Source: Tubulanus polymorphus | Lineage: Eukaryota; Animalia; Nemertea | DNA: 64,000 bases | NCBI RefSeq assembly: GCF_964204645.1 | Contig: NC_134029.1 | Coordinates: 7,404,850-7,468,849 of the forward strand | Direction of reading: 5' to 3' | Shown here: positions 22,456-37,300 of the stretch, one piece after another | Layout: every line of letters begins with the position of its first letter | Numbering within the stretch: the first letter of the stretch is position 1 | Notes under the pieces: generated by a model | The model's database searches: none | What the model was told of the DNA's origin: nothing | Seen by the model: only the letters and a program-made list of their open reading frames with translations | Position numbers and translations under genes: made by a program

Positions 22456-25400
22456 GAACTCCTGGTTAAATCATTTTACTTGTTATATAATAACCGCCAG
22501 TTTAGTAAAAAGAATTCGACTTTGACGAGCAAATTCGACGACAGTTAAGAAATTAAATCAAAGCGAAAAAATTGCGATTAGCGCAGAAATTTACGAAAGG
22601 ATGTTTTATTTCTTATCATATATATCTTCTTTTCTTAAACATCTAATTTATGATTCTGTCGTAGTCTCTCGTGGTTAATCTCCACCTGTGACAAATTGCG
22701 TAAAGCCCCTTGAATTCGGTTTGGTGTAGAACGTTGTTAGGAAGTCCTCTCCATATCTGAGTGCACTTACGGGCTTATATCGGAGGGATTGTAATTCAAA
22801 AGTGCAACATTCTCTCTGAGAGTTTTTGCTATTCAAATATGAAACAAAGTTTTTTCCCGTACATTCGAACCCTCTAAAAACGTGTATGTGAGATCAAATG
22901 ATAACGATACATTAAAATGAACTAAAGCAGTGGACTTCAATGAACCGACTGCATGCAGACGGCAGCGACCGGGTCGTCATCGTCGTCGGGCTTTAAAGTA
23001 AATCGAGCCTACAATCTGCCGTAATCGTCGAGACTGTACAATCATTTACAACCGGTAAACGAAATCAAATCGCAGCAAAATTGGCCTAATCCAGACGAAA
23101 AACGATTCAGGCGCGAAATTCAGCGCGGAAACGTCGGCGAGCTACTTTACAACAAGTTCTCGTCTGGGTTTTACGGTTATTGCGGATGAAGAGAGTTTGC
23201 GATTATCTCGCAGTTCTCAGAAATGCTGGGGTTTGATCGTAAACGTTTAGCCAATAACTGGGCTATACAACTAACGTATATTAATACGCTTGTCGATCGT
23301 AGCGAACTCCAACAACAAATACATGAACCATTTATCTATTACGGTTGCCTGGACTTGCAAAAAATAACTGCAGGGTCCAGTTGCATTGACCTCTTTTACC
23401 GCATCCAAACGACTGATGATTTTCTCTATGGCTTCGATCAGTTCCCGTAAGAACCGAAACAGTTTCGAAAGAAATACAAACTTCTTTGTACATTCGTGCC
23501 CAGAAGTTCTTTGCTAAGCGATATAGTTCGTCTAATAAATGAGTTATGTTTAACCGAACTCGAAGAAATCTTTTCAAGCAGGTTAGAAAATATCCGAAAC
23601 ATTTTTTGCGCTTCATATTTTTCAACGTAAATATTGCTTAATTGGATAACATAAACATTTTTCGATTCAGTGCTACTGCGCACAGAATGCCGCCTTTTCC
23701 TTTTCGTGTTTTTAACGTTACATTAAACCCAATCGTTATTCGCCGACACGAGTCCTCTTGCCACCGATTCGCACGCATTTCTTCCGCTTTCGCGGACAAC
23801 ATTCGTCATTAAAGACCAATGTTTCGGAAATTCATCGTCGCTTCAATGTCACAGTATGACGTAACGGTAAATTTATTCCGTCATTACTGGTTCGGATGGC
23901 GAGCGACATCAACCACGACTGCGGGCACGAGATCTGTAACCACGTTATGGTAATTACCTAATCCACTTATTGACTGTAATCTAAGTTCGATTGGTCGTAT
24001 ACCGTCGTCGACGCGCGTTGGGCTAAATGCAATGGACGTTCGGTAAATATCAATACTATATTGTCGATTTACGTCACTTCGCGTGGTAATTTTAGCCTTC
24101 GATGTATATCTTGTGATGTTTGTGCAGCTTGAAACCATTTCTCCGGCGAATATGAATCGCAGAATAAGTATAGCGTGTATCGTATATACGTAGTTTACCG
24201 AGCATGGTGGCGCGCGCGTTCTCGAACCGAGCGAGATATCGATGATCTTTCGAGCGGAAAGAAAACTTCTTCGCAAAACCGGAAAATTGCCTCCACAAAG
24301 CGCGGCGCTCGCGAATGACGAAAAATAATTGCTACAATTTCTAGAATCATCACCGGAAAAACAAAAGATTCGTCGCGTTCATGCCGGTTCGCCGCGTCGC
24401 GAAGAAAATACTACACCGCGGGTCTCGAAGGCGTAAATTTCTCGGTAAGAAGATCAGAAATAAGGTATAATTGTTTCTGTGCGTGACATAGACCTTTGAT
24501 AGATGGCCGTTCTCTCTCTGGAGAGAGAGAAAACGAGCGCGCATTTGCGTAGTTCGAACAAAGCTTACATATCGGTGACGTGACTTATCTAATGATACGA
24601 CTGTGTAGCGGAATTTCCCGTTATCCCGATGACGCAGTTGCCGGCCGCGATGCTTTAAGAATATCGAGAAAAACTACGACTTAAGAGGAGAATAGGAAGG
24701 GTCGGTAGTTCTTTCGTAAGACATTAAGTAACCTGCAATGATGAATAGAACAAGCGTTCGCAAAAGTAATCTTAGCCGATCCCGATGACATTTAGAATTT
24801 CCGACTGCAAATAACAGCGTTTTTGCTACGATACATTTTGTGTTTACGGATCATCACCTTGTTTTTTACCACTGTATTCATGATAGTTATTCTGTTTTGA
24901 CAACCAGATCAGTTTATTTTATCACAGTGATCTTAAAGTTTGCGCAATCGCTTGGATAAGTTTTCGAAAAAGATTGAGCCTCAGGTCATTGCTGTATCAC
25001 TAAAGAAACGATTTAAGCAGATAAGAAAACACCGCAAAAGACTCAGCTCAGGGAAACATTTCGATCAACTCTAGCAACAAATAGTTAAGCTTTTTTTATT
25101 CGATCAGAGATGTTATTCTTAGCTCATATTTCTCCATGATTACGACCTTTAATGCCAAAAACAAAACCCGTTCCAGGTAGCCAAACTTCTTCGCAAATGG
25201 TCCAAATCCTCTTTTCAGAAACGGTGATGTTTATTACAATGAATTCTACGATAGTTTTTTCTCGCTGATACTATATTGACCGATGCTTGACCGTTAGAGT
25301 GAGGAGCTCTTCGTCCGTATAAATATTGGCCCGTCCTCAGCGGGACAAGAGTAATCTATCGGTGTATTTAAACAACAGATTGGACCGCAAATGTTTATAG

Positions 25401-28347
25401 CACTTGTCGCCGCAATGGCTGACACACTGTCACTTTTAACACAAATCCCGCTATTTATTCAAGTCTTATCAATAAAACTCTGTTGACTTGACTTAATTTT
25501 GCATCGTCAAGTAGGCCTGCTTGACTGTAGTGGACCAAATAAAAACTAAATACTAACTGGAGATTAGAAGCCCCAGCGCTCCATTCGATATGAATGTCGG
25601 TAAAATGGGACCCAAATACTTCAAGGTTCTTTCTTACTCGGTGTCACCAATATCGACTACCGTTTATTTTCATTTCAAATGTTTACTTTAAAGAATACGT
25701 GCCACCTTTCGAAAATGTGTGGCATTTTCCTGGAAGTATGATAAAATAGACGGAATAACAGGCAGATATAGAACATCGATATATGTTTTTGTCACGAAAA
25801 TCTATATCACTTCTTGCGCTGTTTTTGTTCACTTTGTTTTTCAAAAAAGGATTTGAATTCCAAATGTAAATTCTTGGAAAACGAAAAATTTACTACGACT
25901 GACAACAGCGTTCGTTGTGGTGCACGTCGACCTGTGGCATCTAGACTGCCTCGGGATCCAAGAGACAGACGCCGCAAATTGAACAAATCTCGCGGAGGAA
26001 CCAGCTGATTTATCATTTTATTATGACGACGTAAATAATTTGAGAGATCTGCAATGAAGGTCATAAAGGATGGATAGAATCTGGCCAACTCTTGTGTAAA
26101 TCAAGCGATTTTATTACCCACCCACAGAGTGTTAGAAAATGTTAACGGTGATTCGCTATTATTATTTTTTCCTTTTTTTCGTTATTGCCAGGAGGAAATA
26201 TTTTCTCGTGTTTTGTTGCGAGAGTACAAGTCACATATTTCGCTCTCTCTCGGAAACACTAGGGGAAAAGTGAGGTAACTGCTGTAACGAAATTGGGGAG
26301 CGTATACTTCCTTAAAAAACTACAAATCCTAAATATTTCCTTTCAAAAGTTGGTATATATACTTGTACCGAAAGCGGTTAGGCGCGCTGAACAACAATTA
26401 ACCCAATTGCCATTTTATTGAATTACCTTAACCCAAGGTCATTTCAATGTGCCACCAAGGCTCTTTGGAGAGACTCGTTAAAGGAATTTAGATATCCATA
26501 AAATTTGCTGAATAGAATTCAACGACGGCCGTAAAAACGAGAATCCTTTAAGTTTATGAGTGACTGTTTCAGCAGATAAGAATTCCATAATTTCAGTACA
26601 CACGTATTAAATTCAAGCAACCATGACTTTTCAAGTTGACTATTAACTTCTACTTATGTATAGTAAGAATTACGTACCAACAGATTCTACGAAATAGTTA
26701 AGTATTCCAAATATTTTCCCATGGAGCTGTTACACAACGGTAAATCTACTACGCAATAGATTGTTTGGCAATTATGTATCAGAAAATAATTGGGATTCTA
26801 CCGCTAGAATTTATTAGTAACCGTTGGACCTTTTTTTCTGTTATTTCTGTAATAACTAAAACCCGCGTGACTCAGCCATCGGAACTCATCTGACAAATTC
26901 GCGATAATCAGCCCAACCCCCGACTGGTTATCGCTATGAAAATTGTCCTGGAATTCCGCGATTGATTATAAGGCTCGAATCATCTGATGAAATACTAACC
27001 ACCAACAAGATAAACAGGTGTATTCAAACTTTTCTACAGTTATCGTACATAATAATTATTTACGGCACTCCGGAACAAGTCCTCTGTGGATAAAAAGAGT
27101 GAGAAATTAATTATCAGCGGTAGTAATATCTGTTGTATATTCTAAATCTATTTTGAAACTCACGGGAGTATCGTGAACATTAATTAACATTTAAAGGCGT
27201 CAGTTTATGATCACATCGAAAAAGAAATACAAATACATATTTTTATTCCTAGCTAGAGCTAGAACATTTTCCGGGTTCAGATGACACGGAATTTTGTTTT
27301 CGATATTTACTTTACAACAACTACCGGAGTCGTGATACACGACCGTCGCGTAAAAGTATACAATATGCCAGTAATCTTTAAAAAAGAGGTCACCCCGCTT
27401 GGCACAGATATCAGTGGCTCTTCTTGATAACGAGAATTATAAATACGGCTGTCCTTAATGTGAATACTTCATAACTGATCTGCGCGCATTACTAGAGCGA
27501 CCGTCTGGTGATATACAGAAAAAGGACTGCAAAACTAAAGGAATAAGGAACATGATTGTACTAGTCACATTTTGGGATTTAATCAGTTGAATAGAATTCA
27601 AGATTTTATTTTCGTCGATTAAAACTTGAAAGTTTTTCACAGTTTATCACTGTAAGCGTAGTTCACCTGTGCGCGCGTATTGACGAAATTAGACAGGTCG
27701 TGGTCGTTTGGCCAAAATAACGGCGGAAATTCAGACGTTTGGAGGACGTATTTCTAACTTGTCGTCGACAGGACAATGACACGGCGAGATTAATATCGAT
27801 ACCTAATTAATCGGTTTTGTTCGATTTCGTAGACTGTTCATTTAGTTTGAAAAATATATACATAAAAAGTTTTCATTGTTTAAAATTTGCCGTGGGAGTC
27901 GCCTTTGGCTATTGACTCTGGTCTCTAATTACATGCGTGTTCCATTGAGTGACCGGTTCATTTAAGGAGTGTCGTATATACACGGTAAATACATTAATTT
28001 GGACACATTCATAAACTAACAGTGCCGCCCGCTTTCTTCGAGTAAATAGACTCTTATTTGCTACGCTATTGTCGAGGACTTATTTACTTATGTTAAAGTT
28101 TGTCGTACACCCCACCGCTGGGGATCATACCCGCCGTGGCGATCATACCAACCAAACAGTATCAACGACGACCAAACGATATCGAAACGCGGGTCTACAT
28201 AATCTGCACGCGCTCGGACAGCCGGATGATAACCCTAACCGAATCATCGAAGGTCAGGTTCTTTACGACGCGGGCATAACTGCAGTTCCGATTTATCAAA
28301 TAAACGGCGTCACCGAGACTAGCTCGGAAGATTTCTGCGTAGAGAAA

Positions 28348-31300
28348 ATGGAGAATCAACTTCATCCGCCCCTTAGACGTCAAACCGGCTCGGTGAGCGT
28401 GGGTCCGAGGTGCGCTCCTACTATGGATATGATACGAGAAAGGGAAGAGGCCTGTCAAATTTACGGTCAACGTAAATCGTCGGATTTAGGATACTGGTCA
28501 AACGAGGCAAGCAGACGTTCTAGTTACCAACCAGCTGCGGGGGAGAATACCGAGAGTTCTGGAACGAAATCGAAAAATCATGTCATCGAAGGGGCTTATC
28601 AAATTTGCCAAAAAACGTCGGAAGAATCGAATGGCATCCAAAAGAAACGTCACGCCTGGTCCCGTCAGCGAAGCAGGACTGTGACAGAAGGTTTAATTGC
28701 CAGGACTGGAAAGGAGAAAAGGGCAGATTCGGCGCCCTCGACGCCTAAACGGAAGATATCTCTGAAACAGAGGAAATCCAGTAGTTCATCTGGTGGAATA
28801 TTCAGCTTGAACAAAAAACGGTCGAAGAGCATAGATTTTTCGTGGTTTCACAAAACGAACTTGTCGCAGGCGTCGGCGGCGTCGTCGTCTCTTCCAAAGA
28901 ACGCCGATCGAGAGTCGAAATATAAAAAGACCAGCGCGTCTTCGATGCCGGAAAAAATGTACAAGAAACTTCGCATCCGCAGCCGCAGTATGGACGGCAT
29001 GTTAGACACATACCACATGGCGAGAGACGAGGACACGGGCCGTGCGAAAAAACGAAAAAACTCATCACAAATACAAAAACTAGTCGACAATCTTGGATTG
29101 TTTTTCCATAAGAACCGGCGATCCACGTCGGAGAGTAACATTTACTCGTCCGTGTACAATTATCAGTTACCACCGCGGTATAATTTGAACTCGGAGGATT
29201 CCCTGACTACCGACTCCGAGATCGACGAGAATCATTTGTCAGGTTATGACACTTCGGACGAAGAAGATCAATTTTACTCTTCCGTTTATTCTTCAGCTAT
29301 GCAAAAGGCGAAAACACCTTCAACAACGCATAGGATTATACCGAAGAAATGGCGCACTAGCAAATCAAATAAAATGCCGAATGGGCCGAACAAAAATTTA
29401 TGGACACCAGAGGTAAGTGGAGAAGGAAAATTGATTTACGAATAAAAAGAAAACCACCCTAAGACGCAATTGAAAGGTTTTGTAATTAATAATATAATTC
29501 ATTCAATTGAAGCGATATTCCTACGCATGCTCAGTACGCGAAAACTTTCGGTTTTCTTTGTCATGCTATGTATTGTTTTCCTAACCACACATTCTTTTGA
29601 AACACGAAATGAACCTTCAGTTATTCAATTTCGAATAATCCCGTGAAATGAATGTGTGAAATTATACAAACATCGAAAACGAGAAATGTCAAGTTTACCC
29701 GAAGTTCAAATGAAAATTGCCTATTGCGAACCGATATAGGTTTAGGTTTTGGAAATATTTGCTTGCTCGAAGCCTTCGCCGAACACAATAAACAGTTTTC
29801 ATTATGAAAATAACGACTTCCAAAAGTCATTTGTTCGTACAGTGATCAAAAGGGCCAAGGGGTTCGTGAAAAATTCATCGTTTGCGCTTCCTCCTTTGAA
29901 CATAAGACCTCACTCATTCTCCGTAATCAAAATGAAATATGCCAACAGATCTTGCAAAACTCGGAATCCTGGAATTACCGTCGTTACGTCTGATATAGAT
30001 TCATTCTGAATCATAGTCATTTAGTATTAAGTACTATCACTGTGAACCGATTACCGAGATAAAATCTTATATTGCTCGTTCACTTGATCATTTAAGAGAC
30101 GATTGGTTTTTATCACTCATGACTAAGTACAGAATCATCCGCTGCCTCTGACGCTGTTCAAAGAGCGACGTCCTCGGATCGGAGTTTGATCGATATAAAT
30201 CACGTGTCTAATCGTTAGCATAATCTGATTTATCATTTGTGTCGAGGCTTGATATACCGCGTACACAAACGAACCGATGATCTACTCCGAACAAAGGTCT
30301 AAATTCTGCAGACAGATAAATATCCTATTCTGTTGGTCAATATCTGAAATATTTCTGGAAATGAAATGCGTCGAAGGACGTCATACGTCATCCATATGTC
30401 TAGTCTTGTTAGACTTGATCATCAGAATTTCTTCTTAATGATTACCGCGCATCATTCTTCTAAAAAGGAACAAGGCTATTATCTTAACCTCTACGTCGAT
30501 AATTCGATTACGTTATTTTTGTTTGTTTAGACATCTTTCTGACCCGAGCCCTTTGTAAGTCGTAGTGGAGAAGGAATGCGAACTTTGTCTTGAATGCGAT
30601 AAGGCCGGTGTTGTCAAAGAATATCACTTTTCACTTTTTTGGTTTTCAGGGTTCTTGTACTTGGAGCCAGATGGGAGGACGCAAAATAGTCCTCGGGAAT
30701 ACTACACTTCTTAACTTGTCCGAAGTGGAGCGTTTGGCTCTCCAGAAAATAGCCGTGGCAAAACTCCAGGCCCTGAATCTAGGGTGTGCCATTACAATAC
30801 CGAAAGGCAAGTATAATGTAATGTAATTGGAGTCGATTGGTTGTTACAATTTGTGCGTTACCTTGGGGTCTGCAGCTCCCTAATGCGAGGGGAACAGTTA
30901 AACTTGCCATTCGTAACCGGCGGGTTGCCACATACATCAAACATTCTTATGTAACTTGCGAATATTTTCTTGTGTTTTGTTAGCCAAGAAAAGATTAATT
31001 CTCGCTGTGAGTGGGGAATTGGGTTTCGACTCGTGTGTTTGCCCGCACAATAATACATTTATTGGTGTTTTGATTCAAGAAACGCCATGTATTCAGCCTA
31101 ACGCTAACCTTGAATATGGTGTATAATGATCGATTTCTTGATAGTAACTGAATGTATAGCTTTCTGATGGAGTTGAACATACACGATAGTATCGCGTCGA
31201 AATATATGTCGATGGCACCGGAAACTTATTGAGAGCTAACAATTGCCTCCTGATGAAATGAATACGTTTCGGCATTATTCAAATCACAAATCCATGACCA

Positions 31301-34300
31301 CCCAATAGACGATTCCCCACTCTCTAATTTTGGCTAAATAAAATGTTTGAATAGTAAGTCAAACTACAGAAATAGAAGTTTTGCGGTCTCGGAAGATATT
31401 CTGTGGTTTTTGGAAGTTGTTCCGTGGCTAGGTGGACGTGCTGCGTGCCTTAACGAACACGTTCCTTACGCGGAAATGTACATAGCAAGCATTACTGCTT
31501 TCTGTAATTTTTCCGAGAATTCTTTTGAAGATCTCCGGCCACTAATGAACTGTACGTGTGCTGTTCCGTTCACCGCAATTGGCCGGTAATGTTATGGCGG
31601 CCATTTGCCCGAATCCGTTTTCTTCACACCTGTCGGTTATTCGTCAAAACGTTCTCAACACCTTATGACGTCATCCATTTCTGACCGCAAATTGTTGGAG
31701 GAATTCGAAAAAATTGATGTCTGCGTGGATCTGAAGTATCCTAACCACATAATAAACCTCCCTCGGATGGTCAACTGTCCGAATTTATATGAATTAAGAT
31801 ATAACGAAATCAAAATTATTGAAAATGACAAATCAAAATATCAAGGAGTTCGACTATGCTTTTTTGCCTATAAATGACCTTAAGAATATTGAATGCCACA
31901 TTTTATCATTGCAATTAAACCAATTTTGGTTAAGCAAAAATGTCATGAATTTTGAAAATACATGTACGCTTGTTAGACTTCTTGACTATCAATGTAAGGT
32001 CGACCTTGGCTCTGAACTTTCAATATACTTCGGCTTGGAAATATCAACATTGTCACATACTAGAATGTTTTATTATGAACATTCTCACGAATGAAGCCCT
32101 GTTTTTCCAATAATAAACTGAGACTCAATATCTTTAGTCGTTATAAGATATATAAATAGACCCGACATTATCTCCTTCGAATGCGAATGATTTTTTACAC
32201 ACAAATCACGTAAGAATTCGGAAGTCTCTGAAAGGAACGTGTTTGCGCATTTAGAAATTGAAATAAATCAACAAAAAATCATGTCATATGTACGTGTATC
32301 CGTAATCAGAGCCACAAGAGATCGTATAATCAAGTATACAAAAATAGCACATAAATGGCAACAAGATTTGGTCTCTGTTGTGTAGGCCTGCATGGTTGTT
32401 CAATACAAGGACAACATTGATTTTTGTAACTTCTTGTCAGCAGAAATAGATTGAAAATTAGGACAAAATAGGAAATAAATTGACAAGATTGTGACCGCTG
32501 TATTTCGGTTGAATTCCCGTGTTCTCCGTGTGACGAAAAGCTCAAAATATCGTACCAATCTTTTACTCATTAGCATATCTGGCCCCTAAAATTCAAACTT
32601 AATAGATTTTCGAGAATATCATATGAAGAATATGCTGTGTTCTAATTGTATACTATGTATAGTATACTTAAAGTGTATTTAGAGTATCTTATATTTCATC
32701 CATTTTTACTAATTGTAAATTTTTTCCTTTTTCTCTCTCCAGAAGGTGCAACCCCGAAGCGCAATAAACGAAGTGCTTTTTCGTTGAAACGCTACCGCTC
32801 GAACTCTAACAACAATTCGAGCAATATCGGAAATTTCATTCTCGATTTCCGGGACAAACGAGTGAAAGACAAAGGTAAGAAAATCCAGTGAAATTGGAAA
32901 CGACACGTCGGTCAATCGGTCACGATAATTTTCAGCGTAAACCTTTGACCATATCGAGTACCATCAACTGCAAGTGGCGATGATTTCTATTCATTATTCA
33001 ATCGTTGGATAAAACCAAATTCTACGAATTAAATGTATATATAGATGTGTTTCATATTTACATCATATTGCTATCATATGATGTTCAATCGGTACACGGA
33101 AGTTCTAGAAGGAAACGTTTTGCATCCATACGGCTGGCGAGGTATCGCAATGCCTGATATGATATTTTGTTCGTTCCCCGTGTTCATTAACGAGTAATTA
33201 GAAATGAACATTCATAATAACACTGTATATCCACTAACCACTATACAGCAATAGTAGCGATCCAGGTTTCGAGCTGGTACAACTTCAGCCATCCATAAAT
33301 TTCTAGTGAGTGCATTTCCACGGTATAGATATATTCCTGGATTTCGCAAGGGATAAATAACTTCTTCGTATCCCTGTATACGTTTATGACAGTGCACTAT
33401 ATAATATTAGTATCCACAGTTTATAATTAAACAACTGCATTAATCATAACAAACCCTCGATTTGAATATGATGACGATGATAATCTCGCGATGGAAAGAA
33501 AGTTTATACATAACAGCTCTTCGAAACTTGGCACCTTAATTGTGGGTTTATTACCAGGGGCGGATATAGGTTCCGATTCAGGGAAGGTGCACTCCAAAAT
33601 CAAGGCATATCATATAATTAAAAGGGCACCCGAACATAACCTCGTTTTTACAAATACAGAAAACATGCTTATGAATTCAAACTTTTCAAGTATCAGTTCA
33701 TATTCAATAGTTAATATTTTTGATTTTCCATTCAAATCTCGACGTGACTTGACATTTTAGGGGGCGCGCACCCCTGCACTTTCCCCTAGGATCCGCCCCT
33801 GGTTACGCATTAGAGAAGTACAAGTCGAACTCTTCATATATATTCACAAATTTAAGTTTAAATTAAAATTTAGCTCCAAAAAAGATTTTCCGAGCATGAT
33901 AAAATACTATCAATATGAATTTAGAAACTAGCAAATTAGATATTGTTTATTGATATGCAAACTTCTATGTCGCGCTAAATTTGATATAGTCAACTGTGAT
34001 GTTTCATATCACATGAATACGTCCGAAGTTTAATAGTTCGACATGGAGATGGAAAATGACGTGTCGCGATAAGGATTCGATTAGTCACAGATTTAGCTTA
34101 CATTAGTCAAACCAATTCCATTATGACATAAGAAAAAATTATTTTCATTACTCTATATGAAAATGCATTAAGTATTTTTGATATTTCTTTCATAGCTGTT
34201 AGTGCGCAGTCAGAAGTGGTTAGTTAGTGTTTGTATGTATATATATTGATGATACAGAAAACCACCTCTTTCCATTTCCTCGATTCTGCTGCCGTGCATC

Positions 34301-37300
34301 TAAACAAATGTTTTCATAACTGCTCGAATGTTTCAACATTCGTATCGCAGATAACCGACACATTTTTACCAAATGCTCCCGCACCCCCTTGAAACATTGG
34401 CGCGCGTTGTATAGGCAGAAGGGCCCAACGCTGCATACTCGCGAGCAGCACTTACATCGGCTCCAGCGGTTCTCGCTTGATTCGCCGATTCGGAGAATTC
34501 TAATTCGATATAGCCTGCGCTTATAGATTATTCTAAGATGGAAATCCCGCATTCGAATTTCAAGAAATACTGACTCAAAAATCGAAACGCAACCGCGAAA
34601 GATTGAAGTATGATAAGCACTCGTACATTAGCGAGGACAGCTGCTTACAAGCAGTTTAAAAAAAAAGTTTTGAAAAAAAATTCACGAGCCTGGTAGGAAA
34701 CCGTTGATGAAAAAGTCAATTCAGTCAATCTAGAAACAATAGAAAGACATTTTCATTGAACGCGTCATTCCCTTTAATGTGGAATAACTTGTCTCACTGA
34801 TGATCATCGGGGATCAGTATCCCGTCCTGTTTTCAAACGTGCTCTCAAACAAAATCTCTTTTTTCTAATTTGGTACGTTAACGTATGTTTCAATATTTTT
34901 CCAGTTTCTGCCATCTGGCACTGAGATTTTCTCTGTGGAAGAGAGTTTAAATGGGTGTACGGGTGCCATGAAGATCTTATAAACCTTAATAGGCTTCTTC
35001 ATGCGTCCTTCCATATTGTACAAATGTTTTGATTCAAAATGATATATAAGTTATATATTGATTATAATCATATGTTTTTGAATTACAGATGCGGAGGGAA
35101 AAGTTTTTGGCATTCCTCTCGCAAAATGTATTTGTAATGACCAGGAGACACGACGCAGAAGATCAGGCCTGATAGAACGTCGAGGAAGCCTCGATTTCCC
35201 ACCCAGGCGAACAAGGTAGATTTCATTTCATAAGCCGCGTTCACACGACAACTAGTTAGACAGGTCTAGATGGGTCCGTACCTGGTCCGGTCCAAATTTA
35301 GACCGGACCAAATTTTGGTGAGCGTTCACACGGCGTTTTGACACGCGGTGAAAAAATCGCTTGTCACCGGGCCCACAAGATGTCGCCATCTGCTAAATAA
35401 TTAATTGCACCTGGATGAAGTCTTGCTTTCAGATTCCAAGTAGAGCAAGGCATTCTTCATTTGACCAATTCGATCCTCTGTCAGGTTTATACATTTTTGC
35501 GAATTCGATTTATTCTATCATGCTGAAACTTTAAGTGTCGTTTAAACGCGGTTCAAAGCACGGCATTAAAACGGACTAAATTTCGTCGTGTGAACGCGCC
35601 TATACTCTTTTTTCAAGAATCGCCTTGAATATACATCCTTGTTTCAGTCAGGTTATGAAGAGATATTTTTACCTTTGAAGAAATTGTGTTAGTTATTGTA
35701 CTTACAATACCTAATACTCAGATCCATGAATTTTTTTTCTTGCAGAAAATCAAGCTGCTCGTCAACAAGTTCCATCGAGAACATTCGGGCTCCACTTGAC
35801 GGTGATACCGAAAAGGAACAGAAACAGGTACATACATTTTTCATAAATTCTAGAAAGTCTCCAATGAATCCGACTAGGTGTCCGCGCACCGAGATTTTAA
35901 TGACCTGTTCACGGTATTTAAATTCAGTATAAAATGTTAATTTTCAACTCACTGTGCAACTGGGTCTTGGACAAGGCCACGAAGGACGTGTGACGTAGGA
36001 ATGCTAATCTATGTAATTAATCGAACGCGGCCTAATAGGAACTGACAATATTCACAATTACAGCACAGTTACGTTCAATTCCCGATGACGCAAATGGCCA
36101 TCTAACTCAGAATTACCCCTTTCCGCGCAAGGAAACTGAATTGCTAAAACAGAAACGTACGTCATTGAGAGCCGATCGCGGTAAAACGGCCAGTCCACCC
36201 CATACGAACATACTATGTTACAAATTAATGATATATGATGTGATCAAGAAATGAATAATGAAAAGTATACATTGATTTGACCTCTGTTGATGGTATCATT
36301 ATCGTAGCATATTTATGTGCATAACTGAACTTTTATCCATCTATCTTTTTGAATAGGCTGTCACTAGTTCGGAGTCGCTGTCAGGCAGTGATCACAGCGG
36401 AAGTAGCCCTCATCTGGAAGTTCCGCCATTAGTTCGATCCGTTTCGTCTCCTACTAACAACAGGCCACCTGCTGAAACACATATCCTAGACTATCGCCCT
36501 AGCCTTACTCCATCGTGTCCGCAAGTGCCCAACGTCGTCAACACGTGTCTCAAGCATTTAGAAACATACGGTAAGTGTCTTCTAAAACCCTATCAGTCGA
36601 TTTCATACAACGTTAACCCTCTTTTGACTTGGTTAGTTTTTCTATCAAACCCTAAAAGCCATAACTTCATCTGACATTATTGAGCGTACGCCTGCATATT
36701 TCAAATATTTACCAAAAAAAGAAAAACATTTCAAATATTTTCAAATGCGCTTGAACCGTTTCAGGGTTACGCACTCTTGGTATATTCCGAGTTGGCAGTT
36801 CCAAGAAAAGAACGAAGCAGGTAAAAAAAATTTCTAACATAAAAAACTGACAAATTACTAAAAACCTTACGAAAACAACAACCAGGGGACTTAAACAGAT
36901 AATCAGATAACAGATAAATCATCTGTTTTTTCAGTTACGGGAAGAATTCGACAGTTGTCAAGACGTAAAACTGAATGAGGAACATAATCCACACGACGTT
37001 GCAGCATTGCTGAAAGAATTCTTTCGTGATTTACCCGAACCTATCATGTCTCGAGAACTGTACAACGCGTTCGTGGCAACACGGAGTAAGTTCTTTCGGG
37101 CTTCTCGAAAATCAAACTCAATTCTGGTTTCATAGTTCCGCCTATCACACATCATAACAAAAACAGAGTTTGTGGATATAGAATCGGGTGAACTTGAAGT
37201 TCAACGGGTTCATGAGAGGAATAGAAATTGTCTTACTTCACTTACGCGCTCGGTTGCTCAGGTTTTGGAATGCGGTTTCATTGATGCTTTGTTTTAGTTA

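Noticed and set aside
28195-29173. Minus-strand ORFs over the first RhoGAP coding exon
   Set aside because: Antisense shadows of a genuine exon; no motifs.
30811-30816. Canonical GT donor for RhoGAP coding exon 2
   Set aside because: Would give phase 2 and frameshift the next exon; the GC donor at 30807 fits phase and consensus.
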